DNA of 64,000 nt from Bacteroidia bacterium (GTDB lineage Bacteria > Bacteroidota > Bacteroidia > Bacteroidales > VadinHA17): contig JAPLDX010000058.1 in the NCBI GenBank assembly GCA_026391215.1, positions 2,887 to 66,886 of the forward strand, read 5' to 3'. A model generated the notes under the pieces. That model was not told where the DNA came from, did not search any database, and worked only from the letters and a program-made list of their open reading frames with translations. Both the position numbers and the translations under genes were made by a program. How positions within the stretch are numbered: position 1 is the first letter of the stretch; each line of letters begins with the position of its first letter. Of this stretch, positions 46,569 through 56,296 are shown piece after piece.

Positions 46569-47896
46569 TTCAGATTCGCAATCAGGTTTATTAATTCTTC
46601 ATGATTATTCTTCAGGTTGAGGTAATCTTCCCTTTTAAATCTCATATATTTTCTGATCCTGAAACCTCCCATGATCCGGCGGAAAACCAGCCTATAGTTC
46701 CATGCAAAAAGTCCTGTTAGGGGTAGGCTTGACAGAACCAGGATGGCAAGCCACCATGGAGAGATGAACACGAAAGCAAGAATAATATATACTGGTACAA
46801 AGATTATTGCTGTCGCCAGTGATATTCCATACCTGATTGAACTATGGAATTGGGTATCTTTCATCTTGCGGATCTGCAATTCAGGTAAATACAGAAATGT
46901 CAGGTTGAAAATATTACCGTATATGAAAAGAGGGAATGTGATTAATAAACCTAACATTCCGGCGATCAGCCAAACAATGGGATGTTTCCTTTTCTCAAGA
47001 AGCCGGTAGTCGATATTCAGCTCCTTTGCTTTTTGTTTTATCTGCAGGCTGAGAGAACAAATTCTCTGGTAAGTTGAATTATCACTGATTTTAAGCTTGT
47101 TCAGCTTATCAATCAGAATTCTGTCTCTGAAAAGCTTTGGGAGTTTAATACTGTCGCTGAACCGGCCGTTGATCATGTTTCTTAGCTCATCTATCGCTTC
47201 ATAGTCCTCTTCAGATTCTATATGGACCATCAGTTTTTTAATTTCAGATGAGAGCTTGCTTCTCAGTTCGTTAAGCGCAATTTCCGGGCTTTTCTTGTAA
47301 AGCTCATGGAATTCGGATGTATCGATAGGTTTCCCATAAACGACGGTAAGCACCTGCCTGTACCTGGTATAATTGGTAAACTCCAGGCCGACAGGCATAA
47401 TTTTGATCTTCAGGTTGAAACCGGATGCTTCATCTGCCTGGAATGCCACCCTGCATATACCTTTTTTCAGCTGCCGGAGTCTCCTGAAGCCAGCATGATC
47501 GCCTTCCGGAAGGATGACGAGGCCATTCTTATTACGCAATACATCAATTGTCTTATCAAATATCTCATCATTCCCTATTACAGTCCGGAAACCATCCCTG
47601 ATCCTGTATACAGGAAGTATTTTGATAAAATATAAAAGCGAAGCAATAAACTTTTTCTTAAAAATATCTGCACGGGCAAGAAAAACCATTTGTCCCCTGG
47701 TTGTAAGAAGGACGGCAAGTGCATCCATAAGTGCATTCTGATGGTTCGGGGCAAAAATCAGATGGTCATTATGATTGATATTTTCCCGACCCAGGACAAT
47801 TACCTTTCTGTAAAAGATATTGTTGTGCCAGAGACCTGCAGCATACTTCAGTAAAGCATACCTTTTAGAATACTTCTCAATGTTTTCCTTACCCAT
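46565..47896 (-). CDS. Lysophospholipid/glycerol-phosphate acyltransferase-family protein with C-terminal TM domain
   Basis: ...FAPNHQNALMDA... acyltransferase block and ...ILPEG.... There are 3 C-terminal TM helices. Confidence 0.75.
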   Translation of the reverse strand: MGKENIEKYSKRYALLKYAAGLWHNNIFYRKVIVLGRENINHNDHLIFAPNHQNALMDALAVLLTTRGQMVFLARADIFKKKFIASLLYFIKILPVYRIRDGFRTVIGNDEIFDKTIDVLRNKNGLVILPEGDHAGFRRLRQLKKGICRVAFQADEASGFNLKIKIMPVGLEFTNYTRYRQVLTVVYGKPIDTSEFHELYKKSPEIALNELRSKLSSEIKKLMVHIESEEDYEAIDELRNMINGRFSDSIKLPKLFRDRILIDKLNKLKISDNSTYQRICSLSLQIKQKAKELNIDYRLLEKRKHPIVWLIAGMLGLLITFPLFIYGNIFNLTFLYLPELQIRKMKDTQFHSSIRYGISLATAIIFVPVYIILAFVFISPWWLAILVLSSLPLTGLFAWNYRLVFRRIMGGFRIRKYMRFKREDYLNLKNNHEELINLIANLK

Positions 47897-48043
47897 TACG
47901 GAAATGAAAATAATTTGCTTTAGGCTTCAGTAAGGCCGGAGGCAATTGAATAATTGTTCAATTTAACAAAAATGGATTTTGAGTGTTCTGAGGATAGGTA
48001 TTTTCAGAAGGATTTTTGAATTTTTAAGTCTTTATACTACCTT

Positions 48044-48439
48044 TCAATCGTCGTTAAATCCATCAGCCCATCTGTCAATTGTCCTTCTCTCTTTTTTTGT
48101 CGGACGGCCGCTTCCTTTTTTCCTGTAACCCGGAAATCCCGCCTGGCGCATTTCAAGCCTGGACTTTTCATTTTCCGGTGTCAAATCTTCGATAAAGTTA
48201 ATCACGAGCTTTGCTGAAACCCGGTTTTCAATAGGTACGATAACCTTGTAAGTAAAACTCACAGGAGGTTTTTTTACTGTAAGGATTTCGTTCCCTTCAA
48301 CTGTTTTTGCCGGTCTGGCAGGAATGTCATTAATGAGGATCCTCCCTCTTTTACAGGCATCTGCAGCCTGACTTCGGGTTTTGTATATCCTGACGGCCCA
48401 GAGAAATTTATCAATTCTGACAGGTAGAATATCAGTCAT
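48044..48439 (-). CDS. hslR: S4-domain RNA-binding protein (Hsp15/HslR-like)
   Basis: ...[31 protein letters not shown]... is an S4 domain. It overlaps the pth stop by 4 nt. Confidence 0.8.
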   Translation of the reverse strand: MTDILPVRIDKFLWAVRIYKTRSQAADACKRGRILINDIPARPAKTVEGNEILTVKKPPVSFTYKVIVPIENRVSAKLVINFIEDLTPENEKSRLEMRQAGFPGYRKKGSGRPTKKERRTIDRWADGFNDD

Positions 48440-49029
48440 TTCTTTCCTTCGTCCGGTGGAATTTTTCCGGCTTTATTAAATGCTGTCATGGTGAGCTCAG
48501 TGCCAGCGGTGGCAAAGGACTTTATCATCTCAATGACAATCTCAATTCTTGTATCCAGGAATTTCTTTTCCTCTGCATCCCATATTCCGAGGACATAGTT
48601 AACCTGTGTACCTTTCCGGAAACTGTTTCCGATACCTATTCTGATCCTTGCATATTCATTTGTTGCAAGAATATTACTTATATGTGCAAGACCGTTATGG
48701 CCTCCATCACTTCCTTTCGGTCTCATTCTTATGCTGCCGAGCAGAAGCGCTAGATCGTCAACAATGACCAGCAGGTTTTCAACCGGGATCTTCTCTTTCT
48801 TCAACCAGTATCTTACAGCATTGCCACTGAGATTCATATAGGTTGATGGTTTGAGGAGTATCAGCTCTCTGCCTTTGTATTTTACGGGGCAGACTGATCC
48901 GTATCGCTTATCTGCAAAAAAAGCATTGGATGCCACTGCCATAGCATCCAATACCATAAATCCTATATTATGCCGGGTATCAGCGTACCCTTCACCAATG
49001 TTTCCCAGGCCAACTATCAGGTATTTCAT
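48436..49029 (-). CDS. pth: Peptidyl-tRNA hydrolase
   Basis: [26 protein letters not shown]...GGHNG... are Pth motifs. Confidence 0.95.
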   Translation of the reverse strand: MKYLIVGLGNIGEGYADTRHNIGFMVLDAMAVASNAFFADKRYGSVCPVKYKGRELILLKPSTYMNLSGNAVRYWLKKEKIPVENLLVIVDDLALLLGSIRMRPKGSDGGHNGLAHISNILATNEYARIRIGIGNSFRKGTQVNYVLGIWDAEEKKFLDTRIEIVIEMIKSFATAGTELTMTAFNKAGKIPPDEGKK

Positions 49030-49053
49030 TGCGCCTGAATATTAAAAAGATGG

Positions 49054-49764
49054 TTATTTTTTCTCTTTCTCCTTATCCTTATCCTTCTCCTTGCCTTTTC
49101 CCTTCTCCTTATCTTTTTCAGCGCCAGGAGTTTCAGCAGTTGCTTCAGCTCCTTCAACTCCTTCAGCGGCGGCGGCGGCAGCGGCAGCTTCTGCTGCTTC
49201 TTCTTCTTCAGTCTTCAGTGCGACACGTGATGTTGCAACTGTAACGACTGTGGTTATTTTGGGATCGATAAGTTCTATCTTATCAAAAGAAAGATCCTGA
49301 ACTTTGATAGAGTGGGCTATTTTCAGGTTAGTCACATCAATCACCAGGTCTTCAGGAAGGTTTTCTGCCAGTCCTTTAACTTTCAGATGTCTTTTCTTAA
49401 CTATCAGCTTGCCTCCAGTTTTAACACCTTCAGCATCACCAATGATAGTTACAGGAACATTAATGATTACAGGTTTGTTATCAAAAATCTGTACAAAATC
49501 GGCATGAATCAGTTTGTCAGTCACAGGATGGAACTGCGTATCTTGCAGAACAGCATTATATTCCTGATTATCAATGTTAAGCTTTACGAGGTGAGCTTCA
49601 TGCGTGTAGATAAGATTCCTGAAACTGTTTTCATGTGCAAAGAAGTGTACATTATTCTCCTTCATGTATATTACACATGGTATGTTCCCTAATTTCCTGA
49701 TTTGTTTGGTGTCTTTCTTGCCCAGTTCTTTTCTGAGCGATCCTTTGATTTCTATTGTCTTCAT
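49054..49764 (-). CDS. rplY: 50S ribosomal protein L25/Ctc with low-complexity C-terminal tail
   Basis: MKTIEIKGSLRKELGKKDTKQIRKLGNIPCVIY... is the L25/Ctc fold. The tail is EEEAAEAAAAAAAAEG...KDKEKGKGKEKDKDKEKEKK. Confidence 0.93.
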   Translation of the reverse strand: MKTIEIKGSLRKELGKKDTKQIRKLGNIPCVIYMKENNVHFFAHENSFRNLIYTHEAHLVKLNIDNQEYNAVLQDTQFHPVTDKLIHADFVQIFDNKPVIINVPVTIIGDAEGVKTGGKLIVKKRHLKVKGLAENLPEDLVIDVTNLKIAHSIKVQDLSFDKIELIDPKITTVVTVATSRVALKTEEEEAAEAAAAAAAAEGVEGAEATAETPGAEKDKEKGKGKEKDKDKEKEKK

Positions 49765-49787
49765 TATTAATATATTATTGTGCTACT

Positions 49788-49795
49788 CAAAGTTA
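49788..49795 (-). promoter_or_regulatory. Candidate -7 box (TAACTTTG on the minus strand) for rplY
   Basis: CAAAGTTA on the + strand, 24 nt upstream of ATG 49764. Confidence 0.5.
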
Positions 49796-49855
49796 CCTTT
49801 TAAGTAACCTCCCATTACACGTTAAAAAATCGGACGCAAATATATGACAAAGGAA

Positions 49856-50794
49856 TCAGAATACAAAATTTGTACTGATAGACTGGTTTGTAGTGACAGC
49901 CTGAATGGTTGTAGCAAAAATATCTGCCATTGACAGGATTTTTATTTTTTTTGAAGTATTAGTAAACGGTACGGAGTCGCTTACAACAAGTTCCTCAAGT
50001 GCAGAGTCGTTTATCCTTTCGACGGCATTGCCTGAAAGTATCGGGTGGGTTGCAAAAGCCCTTATGCTTTCTGCTCCCCGGTCTTTCATCATGTTGGCTG
50101 CCAGCACAAGAGTACTTGCTGTATCAACCATATCATCGATGATTACAACATTCTTACCTTCAACATCACCGATAATCGACATTTCTTCGACTACATTAGG
50201 TTTCTTCCTGAGCTTGTAGCACAGGACCATTTCTGACTGCAGATACCGGGAATATGCATTGGCTCTTTTCGAACCTCCCATATCGGGAGCCGACACAGTA
50301 AGATTTTTCAGGTTAAGTTTTTCAATATATGGCGCAAATATTGCAGATCCGAAAAGATGGTCAACAGGGACATTAAAGAATCCCTGAATCTGGTCAGCAT
50401 GAAGGTCCATCGTTATTACCCTGTCAACGCCGGCAGTACTGAGCAGGTCAGCAGATAATTTTGATCCAATCGATACCCTTGGGCGGTCCTTCCTGTCCTG
50501 GCGGGCAAAACCATAATATGGGATAACAGCTATAACTTTATATGCAGAGGCTCTTTTTGCGGCATCAATCATCAGCAAGAGTTCAAACATGTTCTCGGCC
50601 GGTGGATTGGTAGACTGAATTATAAATACCATGTCACCTCTGACAGATTCATCAAAACAAGGTTGAAACTCTCCGTCACTGAAGCAGGTGACCGAGCTTT
50701 TACCGAGTTCTACACCCAGGCTATTGGCAATCTTTTCAGCAAGAAGCCTGGATGATCTGCATGAAAAGATTTTTAAGGGAGCTTTTCCGAACAT
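49856..50794 (-). CDS. prs: Ribose-phosphate pyrophosphokinase
   Basis: ...IPYYGFARQDRK... and ...VVIIDDMVDTASTL... are the PRPP-synthase motifs. Confidence 0.96.
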   Translation of the reverse strand: MFGKAPLKIFSCRSSRLLAEKIANSLGVELGKSSVTCFSDGEFQPCFDESVRGDMVFIIQSTNPPAENMFELLLMIDAAKRASAYKVIAVIPYYGFARQDRKDRPRVSIGSKLSADLLSTAGVDRVITMDLHADQIQGFFNVPVDHLFGSAIFAPYIEKLNLKNLTVSAPDMGGSKRANAYSRYLQSEMVLCYKLRKKPNVVEEMSIIGDVEGKNVVIIDDMVDTASTLVLAANMMKDRGAESIRAFATHPILSGNAVERINDSALEELVVSDSVPFTNTSKKIKILSMADIFATTIQAVTTNQSISTNFVF

Positions 50795-50834
50795 TTCCTG
50801 TTATATTTTAGCTGTTAGTCAATGAAAGTCTCTG

Positions 50835-50842
50835 CAAAATTA
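50835..50842 (-). promoter_or_regulatory. Candidate -7 box (TAATTTTG on the minus strand) for prs
   Basis: CAAAATTA on the + strand, 41 nt upstream of ATG 50794. Confidence 0.45.
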
Positions 50843-50843
50843 A

Positions 50844-51467
50844 TTATTCCTTTTTATATCTTACCTCATTTGATAACTTGTTCAAAGATTCTTCAATAAA
50901 GTCCAGAATCTCCTCCCTTCCGGTTTTTTTAACTGCCGATGCGATAAAAGTTACCGGAAGCGTTTCCCAGTTCTTCAGCATTTCATCATCATATTGCTGA
51001 ATGGATTTTTTCAGTGCACTTTGACTTATCTTGTCAGCCTTAGTGAAAACCCTGGCCAATGGCACATGGCTGCGGCCAAGAAACTCCATGAAATCAATAT
51101 CCTGTTTCTGTGGTATAAGCCTGGAGTCAAGGAGCACAAAAAGACATGCAAGGTTCTCTCTTTTAAGGATGTATTCCCTGGAAGCCTCTGTCCATTTATC
51201 CCTCATCTTAGCAGGTACTTTTGCATATCCATAACCAGGAAGATCCACAAGATACCATTTGTCATTGATCAGGAAGTGATTTATTGTTCGGGTTTTACCT
51301 GGCTGTCCGGAGATCTTTGCCAGCTTCGACCAGCCGGTGAGCATATTTATAAGTGAAGATTTACCGACATTTGAGCGACCTATAAATCCGAATTCCGGTC
51401 TGTCCGGAGAAGGGCACTGTTTTAATGCCGGACTGCTTCTTATGTAAGTAGCTGAACGTATTATCAT
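50844..51467 (-). CDS. engB: Ribosome biogenesis GTP-binding protein YsxC/EngB
   Basis: ...FIGRSNVGKSSLIN... (G1), ...DLPGYG... (G3), ...TKADK... (G4). Confidence 0.93.
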   Translation of the reverse strand: MIIRSATYIRSSPALKQCPSPDRPEFGFIGRSNVGKSSLINMLTGWSKLAKISGQPGKTRTINHFLINDKWYLVDLPGYGYAKVPAKMRDKWTEASREYILKRENLACLFVLLDSRLIPQKQDIDFMEFLGRSHVPLARVFTKADKISQSALKKSIQQYDDEMLKNWETLPVTFIASAVKKTGREEILDFIEESLNKLSNEVRYKKE

Positions 51468-51476
51468 GTTGAAAGG

Positions 51477-52247
51477 CTAGTTCAGATCATTATATGGAAG
51501 GTCAATTTTCTTATAAATCAGATTCCGGTTCCCAAACTGAGTTATGACTTCGGCAATTACCCCCACATATCCTTGTTTAACAGTACCTGTTTTTCTCAGA
51601 TCCAGTGATGATTTGCCATTAACAACATTTAATTTCTGAATCCGGGTCGTATCAAAACGGCCATCAGTAAATTCACCGCGATAGAATTTAACCTTCGATG
51701 TCTTATCCGACATTTCAAGTCCGATCTTGTATGTACCTTTTGATCCGTATTCATCCCGGATATTCGTAACTATTTCCGGATAGCCTCCGATGCGGCTTCC
51801 ATTTGTATTATATTCCTCCAGCAAGGGAGTACGTAATCCCTTGTTGAATCCTATTCTAGCCTTCACCTTACCTGTCCTGTAGTACTGCCTCTGAATTCCA
51901 TCAATAGTATCATGTTTATATGGAGTAGTCCTGTAGACCTGGCCTTCCAGATAATAATATCCCGATGAATCTTCTCTTAGGCCGTTTTCATACCAGAAAG
52001 TCTGATACAACTGTCCTCCCTGGTAATATGTTTTCATCAATCCGTCACGAACTCCGTTTTTGAATGTCACTTCTTTCAGCAAAAGATTATTGCTGAAATA
52101 TTGCTTGATTCCAGTGTATCCAGTATCAGAAACAGTGACAGTATCATTTTCAGCAGAAAGATCCTTCTTATGTGAACCCTTCCCTGTGCACCCTGCAACA
52201 ATAATCACAGCCGCTAATATTAAAAATGGAGTTTTAAATCTGTTCAT
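51477..52247 (-). CDS. MORN-variant repeat lipoprotein (YwqK-like)
   Basis: Lipobox ...VAGC. Repeated G..DG....Y..G(Q/K)(L/V) units. Confidence 0.7.
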   Translation of the reverse strand: MNRFKTPFLILAAVIIVAGCTGKGSHKKDLSAENDTVTVSDTGYTGIKQYFSNNLLLKEVTFKNGVRDGLMKTYYQGGQLYQTFWYENGLREDSSGYYYLEGQVYRTTPYKHDTIDGIQRQYYRTGKVKARIGFNKGLRTPLLEEYNTNGSRIGGYPEIVTNIRDEYGSKGTYKIGLEMSDKTSKVKFYRGEFTDGRFDTTRIQKLNVVNGKSSLDLRKTGTVKQGYVGVIAEVITQFGNRNLIYKKIDLPYNDLN

Positions 52248-52252
52248 ATCAG

Positions 52253-53263
52253 TTATTTATTTGATTTGAAATGAGTTATGTCAGTATTTATAAATACTTC
52301 AAGTATCCTGGATTCCATGAGGGGTTCAAGGACAACATCTTTTATCATTGCCGGAAGAAGTACTGTTTCTCCCTTTGTGACAGGTTCGGAGTTGCCTTCC
52401 CAGCGGATCATGAACTCCCCTTCCATACAGATGTAAATGATAAAAGAATCGAATAAGTTATAATCTTTTATTATACGGTTATTGAAGCTGATCAGATTTG
52501 TATTGAAGAATTCACAGTTTATAAGATTTTCAGTCCTGTTCAGTAGAGGTTCTTTTACGATCCCGGCTTTACCGGAAGCTTTAAAATCTATTGCATCAAG
52601 TGCAAGATCAGTATGCAGTTCCCTTGGTTTCCCATTGTATCCCAATCTGTTCCAGTCAAAGATCCTGTAAGTTATATCTGAAGTCTGCTGTATTTCAACA
52701 AGAAGACTTCCTGCTCCAATAGCATGTACTCTCCCTGCCGGGGTAAAAAAAATATCTCCTGCTTTTGGAGTCTCAATATTCAGCAGTCCGGCAAGCTCCC
52801 CTCTGCTTAATGCGTCAAGGTACATCTCCCTGGTAATATTTTCCTTAAATCCTGTATATATTTTTGAATCTTTTTCGCTTTCCAGTATATACCACATTTC
52901 GGTCTTCCCGTAAGCTTTGTGACGCTCCCTGGCCAGTTCATTCGATGGATGCACCTGGATTGAAAGGTCTTCCCTGGCCTCAATGAATTTAATGAGGAGC
53001 GGAAACTCATTGCCGTACTTCTCAAAAACCTCTTCACCGATCAGATCACCCATGTAGACTTCTACCAGTTCTTCTATATTATTTCCTGCAAGGAATCCGT
53101 TACTCACCACTGAAAGATTGTCTGAGATTGCCGAAAGTTCCCAGCTCTCACCTAATTTCAGTGAAGGATCTCCATTCTTGTGGTAAGTAGTAACAAGTTT
53201 GTTTCCTCCCCACACTTTCTCTTTAAGGACTGGTTCAAATTTTAATGGATATAATTCTGACAT
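52253..53263 (-). CDS. manA: Type I mannose-6-phosphate isomerase
   Basis: MSELYPLKFEPVLKEKVWGG...SIQVHP...E.WYIL....G..H.IG.G..L.EIQQTSD.T.R are cupin PMI motifs. Confidence 0.88.
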   Translation of the reverse strand: MSELYPLKFEPVLKEKVWGGNKLVTTYHKNGDPSLKLGESWELSAISDNLSVVSNGFLAGNNIEELVEVYMGDLIGEEVFEKYGNEFPLLIKFIEAREDLSIQVHPSNELARERHKAYGKTEMWYILESEKDSKIYTGFKENITREMYLDALSRGELAGLLNIETPKAGDIFFTPAGRVHAIGAGSLLVEIQQTSDITYRIFDWNRLGYNGKPRELHTDLALDAIDFKASGKAGIVKEPLLNRTENLINCEFFNTNLISFNNRIIKDYNLFDSFIIYICMEGEFMIRWEGNSEPVTKGETVLLPAMIKDVVLEPLMESRILEVFINTDITHFKSNK

Positions 53264-53303
53264 TGATGGGGGCAGGTAAGTTAGCTCACTCGAAACTTTT
53301 AAT

Positions 53304-53311
53304 TATTTTTG
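53304..53311 (+). promoter_or_regulatory. Candidate -7 box (TATTTTTG) for udk
   Basis: Exact TAnnTTTG match 32 nt upstream of ATG 53343. Confidence 0.5.
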
Positions 53312-53342
53312 ATAATTATTATTACTACAAAATTACTAATAA

Positions 53343-53963
53343 ATGCTGATAGTAGGAATAGCAGGAGGTACCGGTTCGGGAAAAACCACAGTTGTCCGGA
53401 AGCTGATGAATGTGTTTCCCAGTAATCAGGTTATTGTGATGCCGCAGGATGCCTATTACAAGGATAATGGCCATATATCTCTTGAAGAGAGACAAAAGAT
53501 AAATTTTGATCATCCTGACTCAGTTGAATTTTCTCTTCTTATTGAACATCTGAAGCAGCTCAGAAAGGGGAAATCGGTCGAAATGCCCATATATTCCTAT
53601 CTTACCTGCCTTAGATCAGAAGAGACAATTACAGTAAAGCCTGCAAAGGTTGTGCTTGTTGAGGGGATACTGATCCTTTGCGACAAAGGATTAAGAGACA
53701 TGCTTGATATCAAGGTTTTTGTGGATGCAGATGCCGATGACCGCTTGGGACGGGTCATTAAACGCGACATCGATGAACGCGGCCGTGATATTCACATGGT
53801 GCTTGACAGATATCATGAAACAGTTAAACCATCTCATCTCCAGTTTATTGAGCCTTCAAAACGATATGCCGACATCATTATACCGGGAGGAGGAGAGAAC
53901 CAGGTCGGAATAGAAGTTCTTGTAACAATAATTGAAAAACATCTTATAAGAAAAAAATCATAG
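53343..53963 (+). CDS. udk: Uridine kinase
   Basis: MLIVGIAGGTGSGKTT... is the P-loop. ...FDHPDS.EF.LL..HL..L..GK is Udk-like. Confidence 0.94.
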   Translation: MLIVGIAGGTGSGKTTVVRKLMNVFPSNQVIVMPQDAYYKDNGHISLEERQKINFDHPDSVEFSLLIEHLKQLRKGKSVEMPIYSYLTCLRSEETITVKPAKVVLVEGILILCDKGLRDMLDIKVFVDADADDRLGRVIKRDIDERGRDIHMVLDRYHETVKPSHLQFIEPSKRYADIIIPGGGENQVGIEVLVTIIEKHLIRKKS

Positions 53964-53965
53964 CC

Positions 53966-54691
53966 ATGCTTGATACCATCAGAATTGAAGATATTATGTT
54001 TCTAGATATAGAAACGATTCCCCAGGCACCTTCACCGGATAAATTGGATCCGGCATTGCAGGTCCTTTGGGATAAAAAATCAAAATTGTTCCGGTCGCCT
54101 GAACAATCAGCCGAAGAAGTATATGAGAGAGCAGGCATTTATTCAGAGTTCGGAAAGATAATCTGCATATCTGTGGGATTCATCAGGGAAAGAAATCCAT
54201 TTGGCTTCAGGATCAAATCTTTTTACGGGGATGATGAAAAAACTCTTCTCACAGAATTTTCCGGAGTATTATCAAAGTTTTCAAAATCGAGCAAAGAGGC
54301 ACAGTTATGTGCACATAACGGCAGGGAGTTCGATTTCCCGTACATTGCCAGAAGGATGATCATTAACAGCCTGGTAATACCTGAAATACTCGATAATGCA
54401 GGTAAGAAACCGTGGGAGATCAAGCTCCTTGATACAATGGACCTATGGAAATTCGGCGACTATAAGAATTATACATCACTGGATCTCCTGGCAACCATAC
54501 TCGGTATACCATCACCCAAGGGTGAGACTGATGGAAGCATGGTTAGCAGTATCTATTACAATGACAGGGACCTTCCAAGGATCGTCAGGTATTGTGAGAA
54601 AGATGTGTTGACGATAGCCCGGGTGCTCCTCAGATTCAGGAATTTGCCGGGAATATCTGATGACAGGGTCGAATCAGTAACAGCGTTTTGA
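53966..54691 (+). CDS. Stand-alone DEDDy 3'-5' exonuclease (PolB-exonuclease/RNase H-like fold)
   Basis: Exo I FLDIETIP, Exo II HNGREFDFPYI, Exo III YCEKDV. It starts 3 nt after the udk stop. Confidence 0.8.
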   Translation: MLDTIRIEDIMFLDIETIPQAPSPDKLDPALQVLWDKKSKLFRSPEQSAEEVYERAGIYSEFGKIICISVGFIRERNPFGFRIKSFYGDDEKTLLTEFSGVLSKFSKSSKEAQLCAHNGREFDFPYIARRMIINSLVIPEILDNAGKKPWEIKLLDTMDLWKFGDYKNYTSLDLLATILGIPSPKGETDGSMVSSIYYNDRDLPRIVRYCEKDVLTIARVLLRFRNLPGISDDRVESVTAF

Positions 54692-54814
54692 ACACGTACT
54701 CACCCCATGCCTACCGCAGGCAGACCTTCTCTTCCCCATACTGTGCCCGGCTAGAAAGAATTTTCTGAGCCTGAGTTCATCAGCAAGTTCAAGAAGATCG
54801 CTTGTCATGGACGG

Positions 54815-55531
54815 TTAATCTGCCAGCTGCCGTTTATACATCTGAATGGTATTCTCGAGACCCAGGTAAAGTGCATCTGAAATAAGCGCATGGCCAATTG
54901 AAACCTCAAGGAGCCATGGTATATTCTTATGGAAGTAACGAAGGTTATCAAGGTTCAGATCATGACCTGCATTGAGTCCGAGGCCGGCATCCCTGGCAAT
55001 GACGGCAGCCCTGACAAACGGGCTGACAGCTTCGGTAGCATTTTTAGTAAAGCCGGAAGCGAAAGGTTCTGTATAAAGTTCAATCCTGTCGGTGCCGGTC
55101 AGGGCAGCATTTTCAACATTTACAGTTTCAGTGTCAATGAACAACGATGTTCTTATTCCTTCCTTTTTAAAGGTAGAAACAACATCAGTAAGGAAATTCC
55201 TGTATTTCAATATATCCCACCCGGCATTTGATGTAATTGCGTCATGCCTGTCCGGAACCAGAGTCACCTGGTGGGGTTTAACTGAAAGCACAAGGTCAAT
55301 AAAGCTCTCAGTGGGATTCCCTTCTATATTGAACTCGGTTTTAATGATAGGTCTTATCTCAAGCACATCCTTATATCTGATGTGTCGCTCATCAGGCCTT
55401 GGATGTACCGTTATTCCATCAGCGCCATAAACCTGGCAGTTTATTGCAGCATTCAGTACATTCGGAATGTTTCCGCCTCTTGCATTGCGCAATGTTGCTA
55501 TCTTATTTATGTTAACGCTTAATTTTGTCAT
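54815..55531 (-). CDS. pdxJ: Pyridoxine 5'-phosphate synthase
   Basis: [20 protein letters not shown]...[13 protein letters not shown]...NIEG...EL.TE...LNAGHDLN... are PdxJ motifs. Confidence 0.96.
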   Translation of the reverse strand: MTKLSVNINKIATLRNARGGNIPNVLNAAINCQVYGADGITVHPRPDERHIRYKDVLEIRPIIKTEFNIEGNPTESFIDLVLSVKPHQVTLVPDRHDAITSNAGWDILKYRNFLTDVVSTFKKEGIRTSLFIDTETVNVENAALTGTDRIELYTEPFASGFTKNATEAVSPFVRAAVIARDAGLGLNAGHDLNLDNLRYFHKNIPWLLEVSIGHALISDALYLGLENTIQMYKRQLAD

Positions 55532-55571
55532 ATACTAAAATGTATTGTTTATCCGTATTGTAATAGTAATG

Positions 55572-55579
55572 CAAAATTA
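55572..55579 (-). promoter_or_regulatory. Candidate -7 box (TAATTTTG on the minus strand) for pdxJ
   Basis: CAAAATTA on the + strand, 41 nt upstream of ATG 55531. Confidence 0.45.
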
Positions 55580-55624
55580 ACAGAACTGGCAATTTTTTAT
55601 TATTTTAGATGAAAATTAAGCAAA

Positions 55625-56290
55625 ATGATCGCTAATGATCTGATATCTGAAATTATTCCTTCCCTGAAAACATCAGACACAGGACAGACAGCTTTGAACT
55701 GGATGGAAATATTCAGGATATCACATCTGCCGATCGTGAACAATCAGGATTTCCTCGGATTGATATCCGATACGGATATTTACGACATGAATCAGCCTGA
55801 AGAACCAATAGGTAATCATGAACTTACATTGCTGAAACCATATGTGACAGATAACCAGCACCTCTTCGAAGTTATTGGTCTTGCAGCCAGGCTTAAGCTT
55901 TCTGTAGTGCCGGTTCTGGATAACGACAACCGCTATAAAGGAGTGATCACCTCAAGTGATCTTATCAGGCATATTGCCGGAATATCATCGATGGATCAGC
56001 CTGGAGGAATCATCGTTCTTGAGCTTATAGAAAGAGATTATTCACTTTCGCAGATTGCCCAGATTGTCGAAAGCAACAGTACAAAAGTTCTGAGTATGTA
56101 CATTACATCTCCTGCGGAATCAACAAGGTTGGAGGTAACGCTGAAAGTGAATACAACAGATCTGCTTGCCCTTATTAAAACATTTGAAAGATACAATTAT
56201 GATGTTAAAACCTGGGTAACCACCAATGATTCAATTGACAGGTTCTATTCAGAAAGATTTGACCTTTTAATGAAGTATCTTAATATCTGA
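55625..56290 (+). CDS. CBS-domain protein
   Basis: Tandem CBS pair (...HLPIVNNQDFLGLISDTDI...VVPVLDNDNRYKGVITSSDL...). It sits in the conserved pdxJ/nadK neighbourhood. Confidence 0.8.
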   Translation: MIANDLISEIIPSLKTSDTGQTALNWMEIFRISHLPIVNNQDFLGLISDTDIYDMNQPEEPIGNHELTLLKPYVTDNQHLFEVIGLAARLKLSVVPVLDNDNRYKGVITSSDLIRHIAGISSMDQPGGIIVLELIERDYSLSQIAQIVESNSTKVLSMYITSPAESTRLEVTLKVNTTDLLALIKTFERYNYDVKTWVTTNDSIDRFYSERFDLLMKYLNI

Positions 56291-56296
56291 TAGTTA

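Noticed and set aside
49029-49300. Two + strand ORFs (71 and 69 aa) rich in Leu/Gln/Ser/Ala.
   Set aside because: They are antisense reading of the GCN/AAG low-complexity tail of rplY and are artefacts of the repeat.
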